Origin: Octopus vulgaris
Taxonomy: Eukaryota
Reading direction: 5' to 3'
DNA: 64,000 bases
Assembly (NCBI GenBank): GCA_951406725.2
Contig: OX597826.1
Coordinates: forward strand, 71,858,001 to 71,922,000
Of this stretch, positions 1-12,849 are shown one piece after another (position 1 is the stretch's first letter; each line of letters opens with the position of its first letter). A program made the translations under genes and the position numbers. The notes under the pieces were generated by a model. That model made no database searches and had not been told where the DNA came from. It was given only the letters and a program-made list of their open reading frames with translations.

Positions 1-64
1 GAATACATGAAGAAAAAAGGTCACAGATAAATCAATAAAGAACTAATATTGAAAATATATAAAC

Positions 65-67
65 TGC

Positions 68-98
<31 letters not shown>

Positions 99-408
99 AA
101 TGGTGGGATGGTAGACTTGCTGCTGCTGCCACTGCTACTACTACTACTACTACTGTTGTTGTTGTTGTTGGTGGTGGTGGTAGTGGTGGTGGTGGTGGTA
201 ATGGTGGTGGTGGTAGTGGTGGTGGTGGTGGCGGTGGTGGTGGTGGTGGCGGTGGTGGCGATGGTGGTGGTAGTGGTGGTGGTGGTGGTGGTGGTGGTGA
301 TGTTGATTTTGCTACTGCAGTTATAGTTGTTTGTGGGGATGGTAGTCTTGCTGCTGTTGCTGTTGTTGATGGTGGTACTGGTACTATTGCTGCTGCTGCT
401 GCTGCTGC

Positions 409-472
<64 letters not shown>

Positions 473-647
473 GGTGGTGGTGGTGGTGGTGGTGGTGGTG
501 GTGGTGGTGGTGGTGATTGGTGGTTACAGTGGTCATGATTATGGTGGTATCGCTACTATTGTTGTATTTGTTGTAGGCAATACTGGTGCTAGTAGTGGTG
601 GTCATGTTGTTGTTGTCCATGGTGCTATTATTATTACTGTTGTTGTA
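65..647. repeat. Compound trinucleotide microsatellite (GTT/GGT/CTG/CTA)
   Basis: Directly visible runs; source of the poly-L/V/H/Q ORFs. Confidence 0.95.
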
Positions 648-780
648 TAACTTCCCTCCTCCCCATCTGCAACATGCAAGCGGTCAGCTGAATGATAACA
701 CATGCCCTGCATATCCATTTTCCCACTGAGACAATCTGCCATGTAGCACACATGTGGTTGTGATGCACGTGCCTGGTGTA

Positions 781-1016
781 CCTATTTCTTTACTACCCAC
801 AAGGGGCTAAACACAGAGGGGACAAACAAGGACAGACAAACAAATTAAATCGATTACATCGATCCTAGTGCGTAACTGGTACTTATTTAATCGACCCCGA
901 AAGGATGAAAGACAAAGTCAACCTTGGCAGAATTTGAACTCAGAACGTAACGGCAGACGAAATACCGCGAAGCATTTCGCCCGGCATGCTAACGTTTCTG
1001 CCAGCTCGTCGCCTTA
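781..1016 (-). mobile_element. tRNA-derived SINE, family A (head ggcggcgagctggcagaa, tail ...aaagaaatag)
   Basis: Pol III A/B-box-like head, central gtcgactttgcctttcatcctttcggggtcgat domain, TSD gtgcctggtgtac at 769-781 and 1018-1030. More than 15 related copies in the window. Confidence 0.9.
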
Positions 1017-1110
1017 TGTGCCTGGTGTACTCTTACCAGACAGGTAGTCATGATGGGTATACTGGGCTTTGTATATTTCACCCCAGTGTCACTTTGATGG
1101 CATGCACTGC

Positions 1111-1985
1111 GAAGCTCAGGGCTAAAAGCAGAGAGTGAAGGTTTCATATTAACTACTCAAGACCAAAGCTTATTAACCCGGAACTACCAAGCCAATGTGA
1201 TAAAAAATGGAGCTGACCCAAAATGCTGATTCTGTAATGATAAGATTGAAACTATAGACCACCTAATCTCAGGGTGTAGAGTCTTAGCACCTGTAGAATA
1301 TAAAGCAAGACATGACAGAGTCGGCCAGTATTTACACTGGACAATATGTCGGCATTATAAAATCAAAACTGCTGACAAATGGTATAAACACCATCCTGAA
1401 GCTGTGACTGTGGGAGAAAATGTATCGATTCTCTGGGACTTCCCCGTACATACCGACAAAACTATAAAAGCTAATAAACCGGATATTATTATAAAAGATC
1501 AAACAAAAAAGATGTGTTTATTAATTGACATGAGTATCCCTTGCGATCACAATATAACGGCGAAACAATTTGACAAGATCAGTAAATATAAAGACTTGCT
1601 CATAGAAATTGAAAAAATGTGGCATCTCAAGGCAACTACAGTACCAGTGATTGTAGGATCTCTAGGAATGATAAAAAAAGGTACTGGAACTTATTTGAAA
1701 ATGATACCAGGCTTACCATCCCTACAGGAAGTGCAAAAAATCGTGTTAACTGGAACGGCTCATGTACTGAGAAGAGCATTATCGCTGTGAAAACAACATC
1801 CATTCATGAATTTATTTATTTATTAATTTTTTAAATACATATTTTACCTGTGAATTTGTGTGAGTAATCTGGGAATGCATACAATGAGCTTCTCTGCCCT
1901 AGGTGTACAGAAAACACTTGGTGGGAAACGGAAGAAAATTTGAAGAAAGAAGGAAAAAAGATAATAATTAAAATAATAATAATAG
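1111..1985 (+). mobile_element. R4/Dong-clade non-LTR retrotransposon, 5'-truncated 3' end
   Basis: Translates to QDQSLLTRNY...C*FC..ETIDHLISGC (CCHC knuckle), RHD, and KPDIII..LLIDMSIP..DKISKYKDL (restriction-like endonuclease). Ends in TAA repeats. Confidence 0.9.
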
Positions 1986-2460
1986 CATTGTCACTGAATT
2001 TTTTTTTCTTTTTTCCTCTTTATTTTCTTTGTTTTCTTTTTTCATTTTTTCTGTTTTTTCTGTCTTTTCTTTTCCTCTGTTTTTCTCACCCTCTTTTTTC
2101 TATCACATGACTTTGTAAATGTACAACTTGGTGTCTTCATTTTAATCGCCTACAAATGTATATGATGAGGAAGACACTCAGCAAGAAGAGGAAGCAAAAT
2201 TGAAAGAAGATAATCCAGTTCTATTTAGCATATCTGAAGAATAATAATAATAAACTTTTCTACTCTAGGCACAAGGCCCAAAATTTGGCGGGGAGGGGGG
2301 CAAGTCGATTAGATTGACCCCAGTACACAACTAGTACTTAGTTTACTGACCCTGAAAGGATGAAATGCAAAGTCAACTTCGGTGGGATTTGAACTCAGAA
2401 TGTAGCAGCAGACAGAATACTGCTAAGCATTTCGCCCGGCATAATAATAATAATAATAAT

Positions 2461-2904
2461 ATAGAGAAATTAAGGCCAACAGACCAGATATAGTTGTCAG
2501 AGATCATGAAGAAACAAAATGCTTTCTAATTGATGTATCAATACTCGCAGATGACAATGTGTCTCTAAAGAAATGGAGAAACTTTCAAAATACAAAGACC
2601 TGGAAATAGAGGTAACCAGACTGTAGAATCTAAAAACAGAAACAATTCCTATCATAGTAGGTGCATTAGGCATGATAAAAAAATATTCAGATAAATACAT
2701 AACAAAAACACCAGGACTTACAAACACATATAACATACAGAAAATTGCACTACTAGGCACTGCACACATCCTACGCAGAACACTTTCCATACAATAACCA
2801 TCAGAGCATCACAACAAATCACAGCACATACCCAAGGCACACAGAGCTGTGCTCGGTAGTGAAGTGAAAGCACGCTATAAAAATAAAACTACTGAATAAT
2901 AATG

Positions 2905-2942
<38 letters not shown>
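2461..2942 (+). mobile_element. R4/Dong-clade fragment (second subfamily) embedded in (TAA)n
   Basis: REIKANRPDIVVRDHEETKCFLIDVSI...KYKDLEIEV...IPIIVGALG...IQKIALLGTAHILRRTLS with a frameshift. (AAT)n on both sides. Confidence 0.88.
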
Positions 2943-2943
<1 letters not shown>

Positions 2944-3390
2944 TGAGCATCCCCTGTGATCATAATATCTCGGCGAAAGAATTTGACAAGCTCAGAAAAT
3001 ATAAAGACCTGCTCATTGAAATTGAGAAAATGTGGCATCTTAAGGTGGTTACAATACCAGTGATCATAGGAGCACTAGGAATGATCAAGAAGGGAACCGA
3101 AAATTATATGAGAATGATCCCTGGCTTACCATTCCTGCAAGAAGTGCAAAAGATTGTCTTAACTGGTACATCACACGTATTGAGAAGAGCATTGTCGATG
3201 TGAGAACTATTACTACCCATGTATTTTAATTTAACTTTATTTCTATCAAAAAAAAAAAAAATTTGAATGAACTAGTGAGTTTAGTTTAATGGCCTACCAA
3301 TGTATACTATGAGTTTCTTTGCCCTAGGAGTTGGGAAGACACTCAGCAAGAAATGGAAGCAAATTTGAAAGAAGAAGAAAAACCCCATAA
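2943..3390 (+). mobile_element. R4/Dong-clade fragment (same subfamily as 1111-1985)
   Basis: MSIPCDHNISAKEFDKLRKYKDLLIEIEKMWHL is nearly identical to the first copy. Starts in (AAT)n and is followed by (TAC)n(AAT)n. Confidence 0.9.
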
Positions 3391-3391
3391 A

Positions 3392-3476
<85 letters not shown>

Positions 3477-3564
3477 TACTGGGAGGACTGTGGATTTGGG
3501 AAGTGCTGCTTTAAGCCTGTTGTTGTGGAACCAGATTTATAGCTAGTGGCTGTAAAAACAGTGT

Positions 3565-3915
3565 CACTTTACTGGTACTTGTGTCAGTGGCATGTGAAAA
3601 AACATTCAAGTGAGGTCGTTACCAGTGCCGCTGGACTGGATCCTGTGCAGGTGGCATGTAAAAAACACCTTTTGAGTGAGGTCATTGCCAGTACCGCCTG
3701 ACTGGTCCTCATGCTGGTGGCACGGAAAAGCACCCACTACCCTCTCGGAGTGGTTGGCGTTAGGAAGGGCATCCAGTTGTAGAAACTCTGCCAGATCAGA
3801 TTGGAGCCTGGTGAAGCCATCTGGTTCGCCAGTCCTCAGTCAAATCGTCCAACCCATGCTAGCATGGAAAGTGGACGTTAAACGATAATGATGATGATGA
3901 TGATGATGATGATGA
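3565..3915 (+). mobile_element. RTE-tail repeat (family D) ending in (ATG)n
   Basis: ...ggttggcgttaggaagggcatccagctgtagaaac...ggaaagtggacgttaaacg(atg)n. About 20 copies on both strands. A related tail follows the RTE coding fragment at 44310-45113. Confidence 0.85.
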
Positions 3916-4462
3916 ATAATTTGATACCAACTCACGCAAGACTACCCATAGTTCTGTGATACAAACTTCCTGTTTTAAAGTGACTTAAATTAAAAGCTTT
4001 CATCAAAACTCTCTATCAGTTCACATTCCAAATACCAGCTTAATAAGAATTTCAGATTTTGGCACAAGGCCAGCAATTTCGGCAGAAGTTGCAAGTCAAT
4101 TATATCAACCCCAATACTCAACTGGTACTTATTTTATTGACCCCGAAAGAATGAAAGGTAAAATCGACCTCAGCAGAATTTGAACTCAGAATGTAAAGAC
4201 AGACAATGTGCTGCTTAGCATTTCGCCCAGTGTGCTAATGATTCTGCCAGCTCACTGCCTTAAACACCTGCTTAATAATCCTTTCTGCTATAGGCATAAG
4301 GCCTGAAATTTGAGGGGATGGGGAGAGTCGATTACATTGACCCCAGAGCTCAACTGATACTTACTTTACTTTAACGACCTTGAAAAGATGAAAGGCAAAG
4401 TTGACCTTGGTGGAATCTACAAGCTTAATAATGGCAGAATTATTTTACTAAATTCTTCATTA

Positions 4463-4858
4463 TAGGCACCGGAGTGGCTGTGTGGTAAGTAGCTTGCTTG
4501 CCAACCACATGGCTCTGGGTTCAGTCCCACTGCGTGGCACATTGGGCAAATGTCTTCTACTATAGCCTCGGGCTGAATAAAGCCTTGTGAGTGGATTTGG
4601 TAGAGGGGAAACTGGAAGAAGCTTGACATATGTGTGTGTGTGTGTGTGTGTGTGTCTGTATTTGTTCCCCTCACCATCGCTTGACAACCGATGTTGGTGT
4701 GTTTACGTCCCCATAACTTAGCAGTTCGGCAAAAGAGACTGATAGAATAAGTACTAGGCTTACAGAGAATAAGTCCCGGGATCAATTTCTTCGACTAAAG
4801 GCTATGCTCCAGCATGGCCACAGTCAAATGACGGAAACAAATAAAAGAATAAAAGAAT
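4463..4858 (+). mobile_element. tRNA-derived SINE, family B (ggagtggctgtgtggtaag head, internal (TG)n)
   Basis: A/B-box-like head, CORE-like ttgggcaa segment, central TG microsatellite, tail aaagaataaaaga. Other copies near 8613, 11071, 11700(-), 32707(-), 40485(-), 52041 and 58520(-). Confidence 0.88.
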
Positions 4859-5039
4859 TATTTTCAAAAATTAAATGACACAAAGTTAGTGGATTTTGAC
4901 AGAAATAGGGTAACAAAAGGGATAAGTAGGGCTGGATGAGCTGTGCAGGGAACAATGAGTGTATGTGAGTGTGAAGGCATCCGGGATATGATGAAGTCAG
5001 CATGTCTTGTAGAGGGGGTGGGGAAGGTTCTGTAAGGAA

Positions 5040-5790
5040 AATGTTGTAAATGTAGGTATGGATTTTGTTTCAGTGGTGTTGTTGTAGTTGCAGTGGTGCG
5101 TACTGGCGGTCGTGGTAGTGTTATTGTAAGGATAGTTAAAGTGGTGTTGGTGGTAGAAGTTGGGACATGGTGATATGGCGATGGTATTTGCTGCAGTGGT
5201 ATTGACAGTAGTAGTGATGGTAGTGGTGGTTGTAGTGGTGGTGGTGGTGGAGAAGGTGGTGGTGAGGTGGTGGTGATAATGGTGATGGTAGTGGTGGTTG
5301 TAGTGATGGTGGTAGTGGTGGTGATAATGGTGATGGTAGTGGTGGTTGTAGAGATGGTGGTAGTGGTGGTGGTGGTGATGATGATAGTGGTGGTTGTAGT
5401 GATGGTTGTGGTGGTGGTTGTGGTGGTGGTGGTAGTGGTGGTGGTAGTGGATGGTGTGTAGAAGTGGTGGTGGTGATGATAGCGGTGGTTGTAGTGATGG
5501 TTGTGGTGGTGGTGGTAGTGGTGGTTGTAGAGATGGTGGTAGAGGTGGTGGTGGTGATGATAGCGGTGGTTGTAGTGATGGTTGTGGTGGTGATGGTGGT
5601 GATAATGGTGATGGTAGTGGTGGTTGTAGTGGTGGTGGTGGTGGAGAAGGTGATGGTGATAATGGTAATGGTAGTGGTGGTTGTAGTGATGGTGGTAGAG
5701 GTGGTGGTGGTGGTGATGATAGTGGTGGTTGTAGTGATGGTAGTGGTGGTGGTGGTGGCGGCGGCGGCGGTGGAGGTGGTGGTGGAGGTA
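5040..5790. repeat. Compound GGT/GAT/GTA low-complexity minisatellite
   Basis: Recurring higher-order unit ggtggttgtagtgatgg...ggtggtagaggtggtggtggtgatgatagcgg. Confidence 0.9.
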
Positions 5791-6139
5791 ACAATTTATT
5801 TAGGTCAAAGGTAACGAAGCTGAAATATCATATGGGAACTTAGAAAGTATTTCTGTTTATATAGATGTTGATAGGAAGAAGGTGGGGGACATATCACATT
5901 CTTCTGTCTCTTGTCTTTCTTTAGTGTCCTATTTCTACGTTCAGGCTTTTATTTCATTTATTCATTTATTTATTTATTTATTCCTTCATTTATTTTGTAA
6001 GTAGCAGCCACAGTTGTTGAAGAAAAAGTAGAGAGAGGTGACAGAGATTGCATTATGTCGGCATGTAAACTTCATACCGATCGGTCAGGTGGTGTTTCTC
6101 TCTTGAAAATGTCAATATGTGTTACAACATCAACGTGGA

Positions 6140-6596
6140 GTGGAGGCGCAATGGCCCAGTGGTTAGAGCAGCAGACTTGCGATTGTAAGAACGCGGTTTC
6201 GATTCCCAGACCGGGCATTGTGAGTGTTTATTAAGCGAAAACACCTAAGCTCCACGAGGCTCTGCCGCACTCTTTCATCACAACCTTCTCTCACTCTTTC
6301 TTCTTACTTCTGCCACAAAGCAGAGGAACCATGGTGTAAACTTTCAGACCCTAGCCTAGATTGCGAATCCTCTGTACCCCAGGAGGGTTCAGCTCTCCAT
6401 CCGTTAAAAGCCACCATTTACGGAATGAGGATGACAACATGGCTTTCACGTCCTTGCGACCACCAGTCTCTCACGTGTGGTGGGTGGATCTTCAAATTGC
6501 CACACGCACTCTTAGTAGCTTAGAGTAGGCTCGAATTAGAGATTATTCTTTGTGGCTAATGGCGTGAGTCCTGATTGAAGAAGAAGAAGAAGAAGA
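6140..6596 (+). mobile_element. tRNA-derived SINE, family E, with (GAA)n tail
   Basis: Head gtggaggcgcaatggcccagtggttag...ggtttcgattccc, tail (gaa)n, TSD-like catcaacgtgg / catcaacatgg. Confidence 0.85.
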
Positions 6597-7858
6597 CATC
6601 AACATGGTAAGGTAGCAAGGTGGCAGAACCATTAGCACACCTGACAAAATGCTTAGCAGCATCTCCTCCGTCTTTACATTCCAAGTTCAAATTCCCTCGT
6701 GGTCAACTTTGCCTTTTTATCCTTCCTGGGTTGATAAAATAAGTACCAGTTGAACACTGGGGTCGATATAATTGAATTACTTCCCCCCCCCCCCACCGAA
6801 ATTAATGGCACATTGGTAGAATTGTTAGCACGGTAGGCAAAATGCTTATTAGCATCTTGGTTGTCTTTACGTCCTGAGTTCAAATTCTATCATGGTCGAC
6901 TTTGCTTTTCATCTTTTCTGGATCAATAAAATAAGTACCCAGGTCTTTCACCTCTCACTCACACTCTTTTATAAGATTCCCTTCACAATATCCTGCCACC
7001 TGTATTATGGCATTGAACCTCAAGAATATGTCTTGGCTCTTGCCACCATCTATGGCTCTCTCTTCCTTTACTCAACCATCTCATTTATATTCTGATCCCT
7101 GTTCCTCGTGAGTATGCCTGGCATTTTGCCACCATCTCTATCCTGCTGCCTCCCACTCTCTCTCCTTCTCCTGCACTTCCCTCAGGTTGGGCAACTGTGT
7201 ATTTTCTTTGCGGTAGCACACTTGTTTCTGTCTTCATTCCTGATCTTTCTCTCTCCAGTCAGGTAACCTTGTACTTCCTCTACAGCAAGACACCTGTATC
7301 TGTCTCACTATAATCTTTTCATCATCACCTTCTCCAATGCCTCCTCTCCTCTTAATTTTTTTTTTATCTTGCAAGTACTTGGTGACCCTGTCAGTGCAGG
7401 TGCCACTCTTGAAAACACCCAGTCCACACTGTAAAGTAGTTGGTGTTCAGAAGGGCGTCCAGCTGTAAAAACCCTGCCAAAACTGACCTCACCTGTGCTT
7501 GTGCCACGTAAAAAGCACTACTCACCTTGCCTGAGCCTGTGCCACAAAAAAAAAAAAAAACACTAAGTCCACTCTGCTGAATGGGTTGATGTTAAGAAGG
7601 GCATCCAGCTATAAAAATTCTGCCAAAACAGTCACAGAAGTCTGGTGCAGGCTTCAGCCTGGCTAGCTCTTGTGGAACCGTTCCACCCATGGAAGATGGA
7701 CATTAAACAATGATGATGATGATGATGATGATGAGCACTGAGGTTGATGCAACTGACACACACCTCCTCCAAAATTGCTGGCCTAGAGCCAAAATCTTAA
7801 ACCAATGTGTTTTACAGCAGTGTTGTCCTAGATGTGTGAGCTGTAAACTATCATGCTC

Positions 7859-7896
<38 letters not shown>

Positions 7897-7921
7897 CCAA
7901 GAACATCATCAACAACAGCAA

Positions 7922-8304
7922 GTGGAGGCGCAATGGCCCAGTTGTTAGGGCAGTGGACTCGTGGTAGGAGGATTGCGGTTTCGATCCCCAGACCGGGCGT
8001 TGTGTGTATTTATTGAGCGAAAATACCTTAAGCTCCACAAAGCTCCGGCAGGGGGTGGTGGCGACTCCTGTTGTACTCTTTCGCTCCAACTTTCTCTCAC
8101 TCTCTCTTCCTGTTTCTTGTCCCCAACTTCCCACGCAGCTGCTGAGCCTGGATGCGCATTCATCCATCCGTCGATGCTCTCGGTGTCGCGGGTTGACCTG
8201 CTTTCTCTTCTGCGGGTCTTACGAATAGCAAAGGACCACGTTTCGGACTTCCTCCCACTACAGCTGGGACGAAGACTGCTTCGCTCAGCAAACAAACAAA
8301 TGAA
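7922..8304 (+). mobile_element. tRNA-derived SINE, family E head with a different (CAAA)n tail
   Basis: Same head and centre as 6140, unrelated CpG-rich 3' half, TSD-like atcaacaacagcaa / atcaacaatagcaa. Confidence 0.85.
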
Positions 8305-8789
8305 CAATCAACAATAGCAACAATTGTAACTGTTTCTAATTTACACAAAAGCCCAGCAATTTTGGTGGGAGAGGACGCTTTTGAGGGGAGAGGACTAGTT
8401 GGTCACTTCAGCTTCCAGTTCTTAACTGGCATTTATTGACCTTGTAAGGGTGACAGGCAAAGTCAACCTCGATGGAATTTTGAACTCAGAATGTAAAGAT
8501 GGAAGAAATGCCACTAAGCATTTTGTCTGGTGGGCTGATTCCACCAGTTTGTCACCTTCTGTCATAATATTAATTAGGAGTGGCTGTGTATGGGTGCAGG
8601 AATGGCTGTGTGGTAAGTAGCTTGCTTACCAACCTCATGGTTCTGGGTTCAGTCCCACTGCGTGGCACCTTGAGCAAGTGTTTTCTACTATAGCCTTGGG
8701 CTGACCAAAGCCTTGTGAGTGGATTTAGTAGACGGAAACTGAAAGAAGCCCATCATATATATATGTATATAAATATATATATATATATA

Positions 8790-9051
8790 AAATAAAAATA
8801 AATGCGCCCTTTTTATAGCCTAGCCAGGCTCATGGGCCCGGTTTCCCAGTTTCTCTGGTGTATGTGTTCCCCAGCTGGATGGGACGCCAGTCCATCGCAG
8901 CGTTACTCATTTTTGCCTGCTGAGTGGACTGGAGCAACGTGAAATTAAGTGTTTTGCTCAAGAACACAATGCGTCGCCCGATCCAGGAATCAAAACCACA
9001 ATCTTACGATCATGGTGCTGACACCCTAACCACTAAGCCACGTGCCTCCAC
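8790..9051 (-). mobile_element. tRNA-derived SINE, family C, nested in the microsatellite of a family B SINE
   Basis: Reverse complement of the gtgga-gc-c-tggcttagtggttagggtgtcagc...gtgttcttgagcaaaacactt head. Other copies near 15897, 19687, 49480, 55560(-) and 56570. Confidence 0.85.
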
Positions 9052-9700
9052 ACATATATACGTATGTGTGTATGTGTATGTTCATGTGTCTGTGTTTGTC
9101 CCCCAACATCGCTTGACAACTGATGCTGGTGTGTTTACATCCCCGTAACTTAGCAGTTCAGCAAAAGAGAATGATAGAATAAGTACAAAGAATAAGTCCT
9201 GGGGTCGATTTCTTTGACTAAAGGTCGTGCTCCTGCATGGCCGCAGTCAAATGACTGAAACAAGTAAAAGAGACTAAAAGATATCAATGAAATTTTTTCA
9301 TATTTGCAATCAGGATGACAGACGAGAAGAGCAAAAAGATGTAAAATATGAGAGTTTAAGTAGAATCAGATGTTTAAAAAAAATAAAAAATAATGCAAAA
9401 GAATAATATATATGAATAAATAATAAAAAAAACATGAAGTGATATACATGGTATACAACATTCTTTTCTACTCTAGCCACAAGGCCTGAAATTTTGGGGG
9501 AGGGGGCCAGTCGATTAGATCAACCCCAGTATGCAACTGGTACTTAATTTATTGACTCCGAAAGAATGAAAGGCAAAGTCGACCTTGGTGGAATTTGAAC
9601 TCTGAACTTAAAGACAGATGAAATACTGCTAAGCATTTCACCCGGCATGCTAACGTTTCTGCCAGCTCGCTGCCTTACATGGTATACAACATCAAAAAAA

Positions 9701-9719
9701 GATGATGGAGATGATGGTG

Positions 9720-9751
<32 letters not shown>

Positions 9752-9834
9752 GAGGAAGAGGATGATGATGACGATGACGACAATGATGATGACGATGATG
9801 ATGATGTTGATGATGGTGATGATGATGATGATGA

Positions 9835-9879
<45 letters not shown>

Positions 9880-9953
9880 GTGATGATGATGATGATGATG
9901 ATGGTGATGATGTTGATGATGATGATGATGTTGATGATGATGATGATGATGAT
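9701..9953. repeat. (GAT)n microsatellite
   Basis: About 250 bp imperfect GAT run; source of the poly-D/M/I/H ORFs. Confidence 0.95.
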
Positions 9954-12270
9954 AAAAGTTACCAGAATCATCGATGGAGATTCAAAAGCAACATGTTCTG
10001 GAAAATAAAAATAAGAAATAAGTGAAAATTTTACCGGTGAGTGTGTTACATTATACGGCACAAAAAAAAATTGATTCTCCCCAGACACAACAGAATGTCC
10101 TGGAAGAGGAAGCAGAAAAGACAGCCTAGGGTTCAGAACAGTAGAGAAATGTTGTCAATGGCCCTAGGTTCCATAGGGAACAAAGGGCTTAACTCGTTGG
10201 CACTTAAACTGGCCACATCTGGCCCAAATATTTTATGTGTTTTATGTCCAAAGCAGCTAGCTCTGGCCTCTCACACCTACCATACAATGTCATTCTAAGA
10301 ACATGCAATCATATTATTGAAATCTCAAAGCTACAAGATAATATGTAATTGATTGAAAACAGTAAGTACTACATAGATAAGATACTACAAAGTAATCTGA
10401 ATGCTAAAGTATTATGCTTGGTTGATACTTTATTTAATCAATTCCAGAAGGATAAAAACCAAAGTTAATGGGATTGAAATCAGGATGTAAAGAACAGGAA
10501 CAGATGCCGCAAGGCATTTTGCCTAATGATCTGGTAAAATTACCATTCTGCCATCTTAGTAATTAGAAATCCCACAATTAGAGCAGAAACGTTTTACCTT
10601 TCACCTATCTGCCATTTGATTAGTAAACCTTTGGGAATAGATAAGATTTTGTTATTGTTGTTGTATAGCTTCTTATACAATATAGTTCAGTGGTTAGAGT
10701 GTCAGGCCCACAATCATGAGGTAGTGAGTTTGATTCCTGGACCAGACTGTGTATTGTGTTCTTCAGCAAGACACTTTATTACATGTTGTTACAGTTCTCT
10801 TAGCTGTAGAAATGAGTTGTGACATCACTGGTACCGAGCTGTACTGGCTTTTGCCTTTCCCTTGGATAACATCGGTGGCGTGGAAAGGGGAGGTATGCAT
10901 GGGTGACTGTTGGTCTTCCATAAACAACCTTGCCCGGACTTGTGCCTCAGAGGGTAATTTTCTCGGTGCAATCCCATGGTCATTCATGACCGGAGGGAAT
11001 CTTTACCTTTTTATAGCTCCTTATGTAAAAACTGATACAGTAGAGTTATAATCAAAGAAAGATATTTCAATAGGTGCAGGAGTGGCAGTGTGGTAAGAAG
11101 CTTGCTTCCCAACCACATGGTTTCAGGTTCAGTCCCACTGCATGGCACCTTGGGCAAGTGTCTTCTTCTATAGCTTCAGGCCGACCAAAACCTTGTGAGT
11201 GGATTTGGTAGATGTAAACTGAAAGAAGTCCGTCGTATATATATATGTGCATGTGTGTGTGTGTGTGTGTGTATGTGTGTGTGTGTTTGTGTCTGTGTTT
11301 GTGCCCCCACCACCACCATTGACAACCGATGTTGACATGCTTATGTCCCTGAAACTTAGCGGTTCAGCAAAATAGACCGATAGAATATGTACTAGGCTTA
11401 CAAAGAATAAATCTTGGGTTTCATTTCTTCGACTAAAGGTGGTGCTCCAGCATGGCCGCAATCAAATGACTGAAACGGGTAAAAGAGTAATTCGTTTAAA
11501 TTATTTCAGCAGTAAAATTACTGCAAATTGTAATATATAAACATTGGTTGCTTCCCAACCAGGTGGTCTCAGGTTCAGTCTCACTGCATGGCACCCTGGG
11601 TAAGTGACTTCTACTACAGCCCTAGGCCAATGAAAGCCTTGTAGGTAGAAACTGAAAGAAGTTTGTTGTATGTGTGTGTGTGTGTGTGTATGTTCTCTTT
11701 GTTACTTTTTTACTTGTTTCAGCTTTTAGTCAAGCAAATCGACCCCAGGACTTATTCTTTGTAAGCCCAGTACTTATTCTATTGGTCTCTTTTGCCGAAC
11801 TGCTAAGTTACAGGGATGTAAACACACCAGCATAGGTTGTCAATCGATGTTGGGGGAACAAACACAGACACACAAACATATACACACGCACATACATATA
11901 TACGACAGGCTTCTTTTAGTTTCCGTCTACCAAATCCACTCACAAGGCTTTGGTCGGCCTGAGGTTATAGTAGAAGACACTTGCCCAAGGTGCCACGCAG
12001 TGGGACTGAACCCAGAACCATGTGGTTGGTAAGCAAGCTACTTACCACACAGCCACTCCTGTGCCTTTGTGTATCTTTGTTGTGACACATTATGTGATGT
12101 TTGTAAATGAGCTCACTTTATTCACTTCCGGTCTACCATGAAAAACATGCCCCTACCTAGCTTGGAGGCAGATAAGAGTTGGCAACAGGAAGGGCATCTG
12201 GCTGTAGAAAACCTGCCTCAGCAAATTCTGTCTGGCCCCTCTGCAAGCATGGAAAAGTGGACAATGATGT

Positions 12271-12319
<49 letters not shown>

Positions 12320-12849
12320 ACAGACAAAGCAGAGAATAAAATATCTATGACTAAGGCTCTGTGACAAAAAAAAATCCCCTACCTGCCCAAAATGGAGGTG
12401 ATAACAAGGGTTGTTGTGATTTTTATAATAGAAATAACAAAATAACAGCACCCCCCACCACACATACACACACACGTACATGCGAACAACCATCGTGCCT
12501 TTTATTCAGGTAGAATGTATTTATAACTAAAATACCCAACGTGTACTGTCTATATGTCACTGTTTAAGCTACAATTCAGCCCTTATTCAGCAGACAAATA
12601 AAGATATTCCAGCTGCAGGATATCCTTTTTATTTTTATTTAGACATAGTGTATCTAGGGCTATGTTATGCAATGTGTCTGTTTATATTTAAAGTAGTAAA
12701 GTTCACTTTGGTGGAGATTAAACAGTTATTTTTATTAGGTCAAGTAACTCTCTGGTGACACCCATTAAAATTTTCTGTTATAAGTTGGGTGTTGCTACAA
12801 TAGCTTTAAAAGTATATATACATGCTTTAAAAAAGTGAATTAACGATCT

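Noticed and set aside
108-650. Poly-L/V/H/Q ORFs
   Set aside because: Translations of trinucleotide microsatellites with no domain or splice support.
6140-6216. tRNA gene-like sequence (also at 7922, 15897, 19687, 43118)
   Set aside because: These are SINE heads. They continue into shared repeat bodies with TSDs and lack a clean cloverleaf or terminator.
9544-10088. Poly-D/M/S/I/H ORFs
   Set aside because: (GAT)n microsatellite read in several frames.
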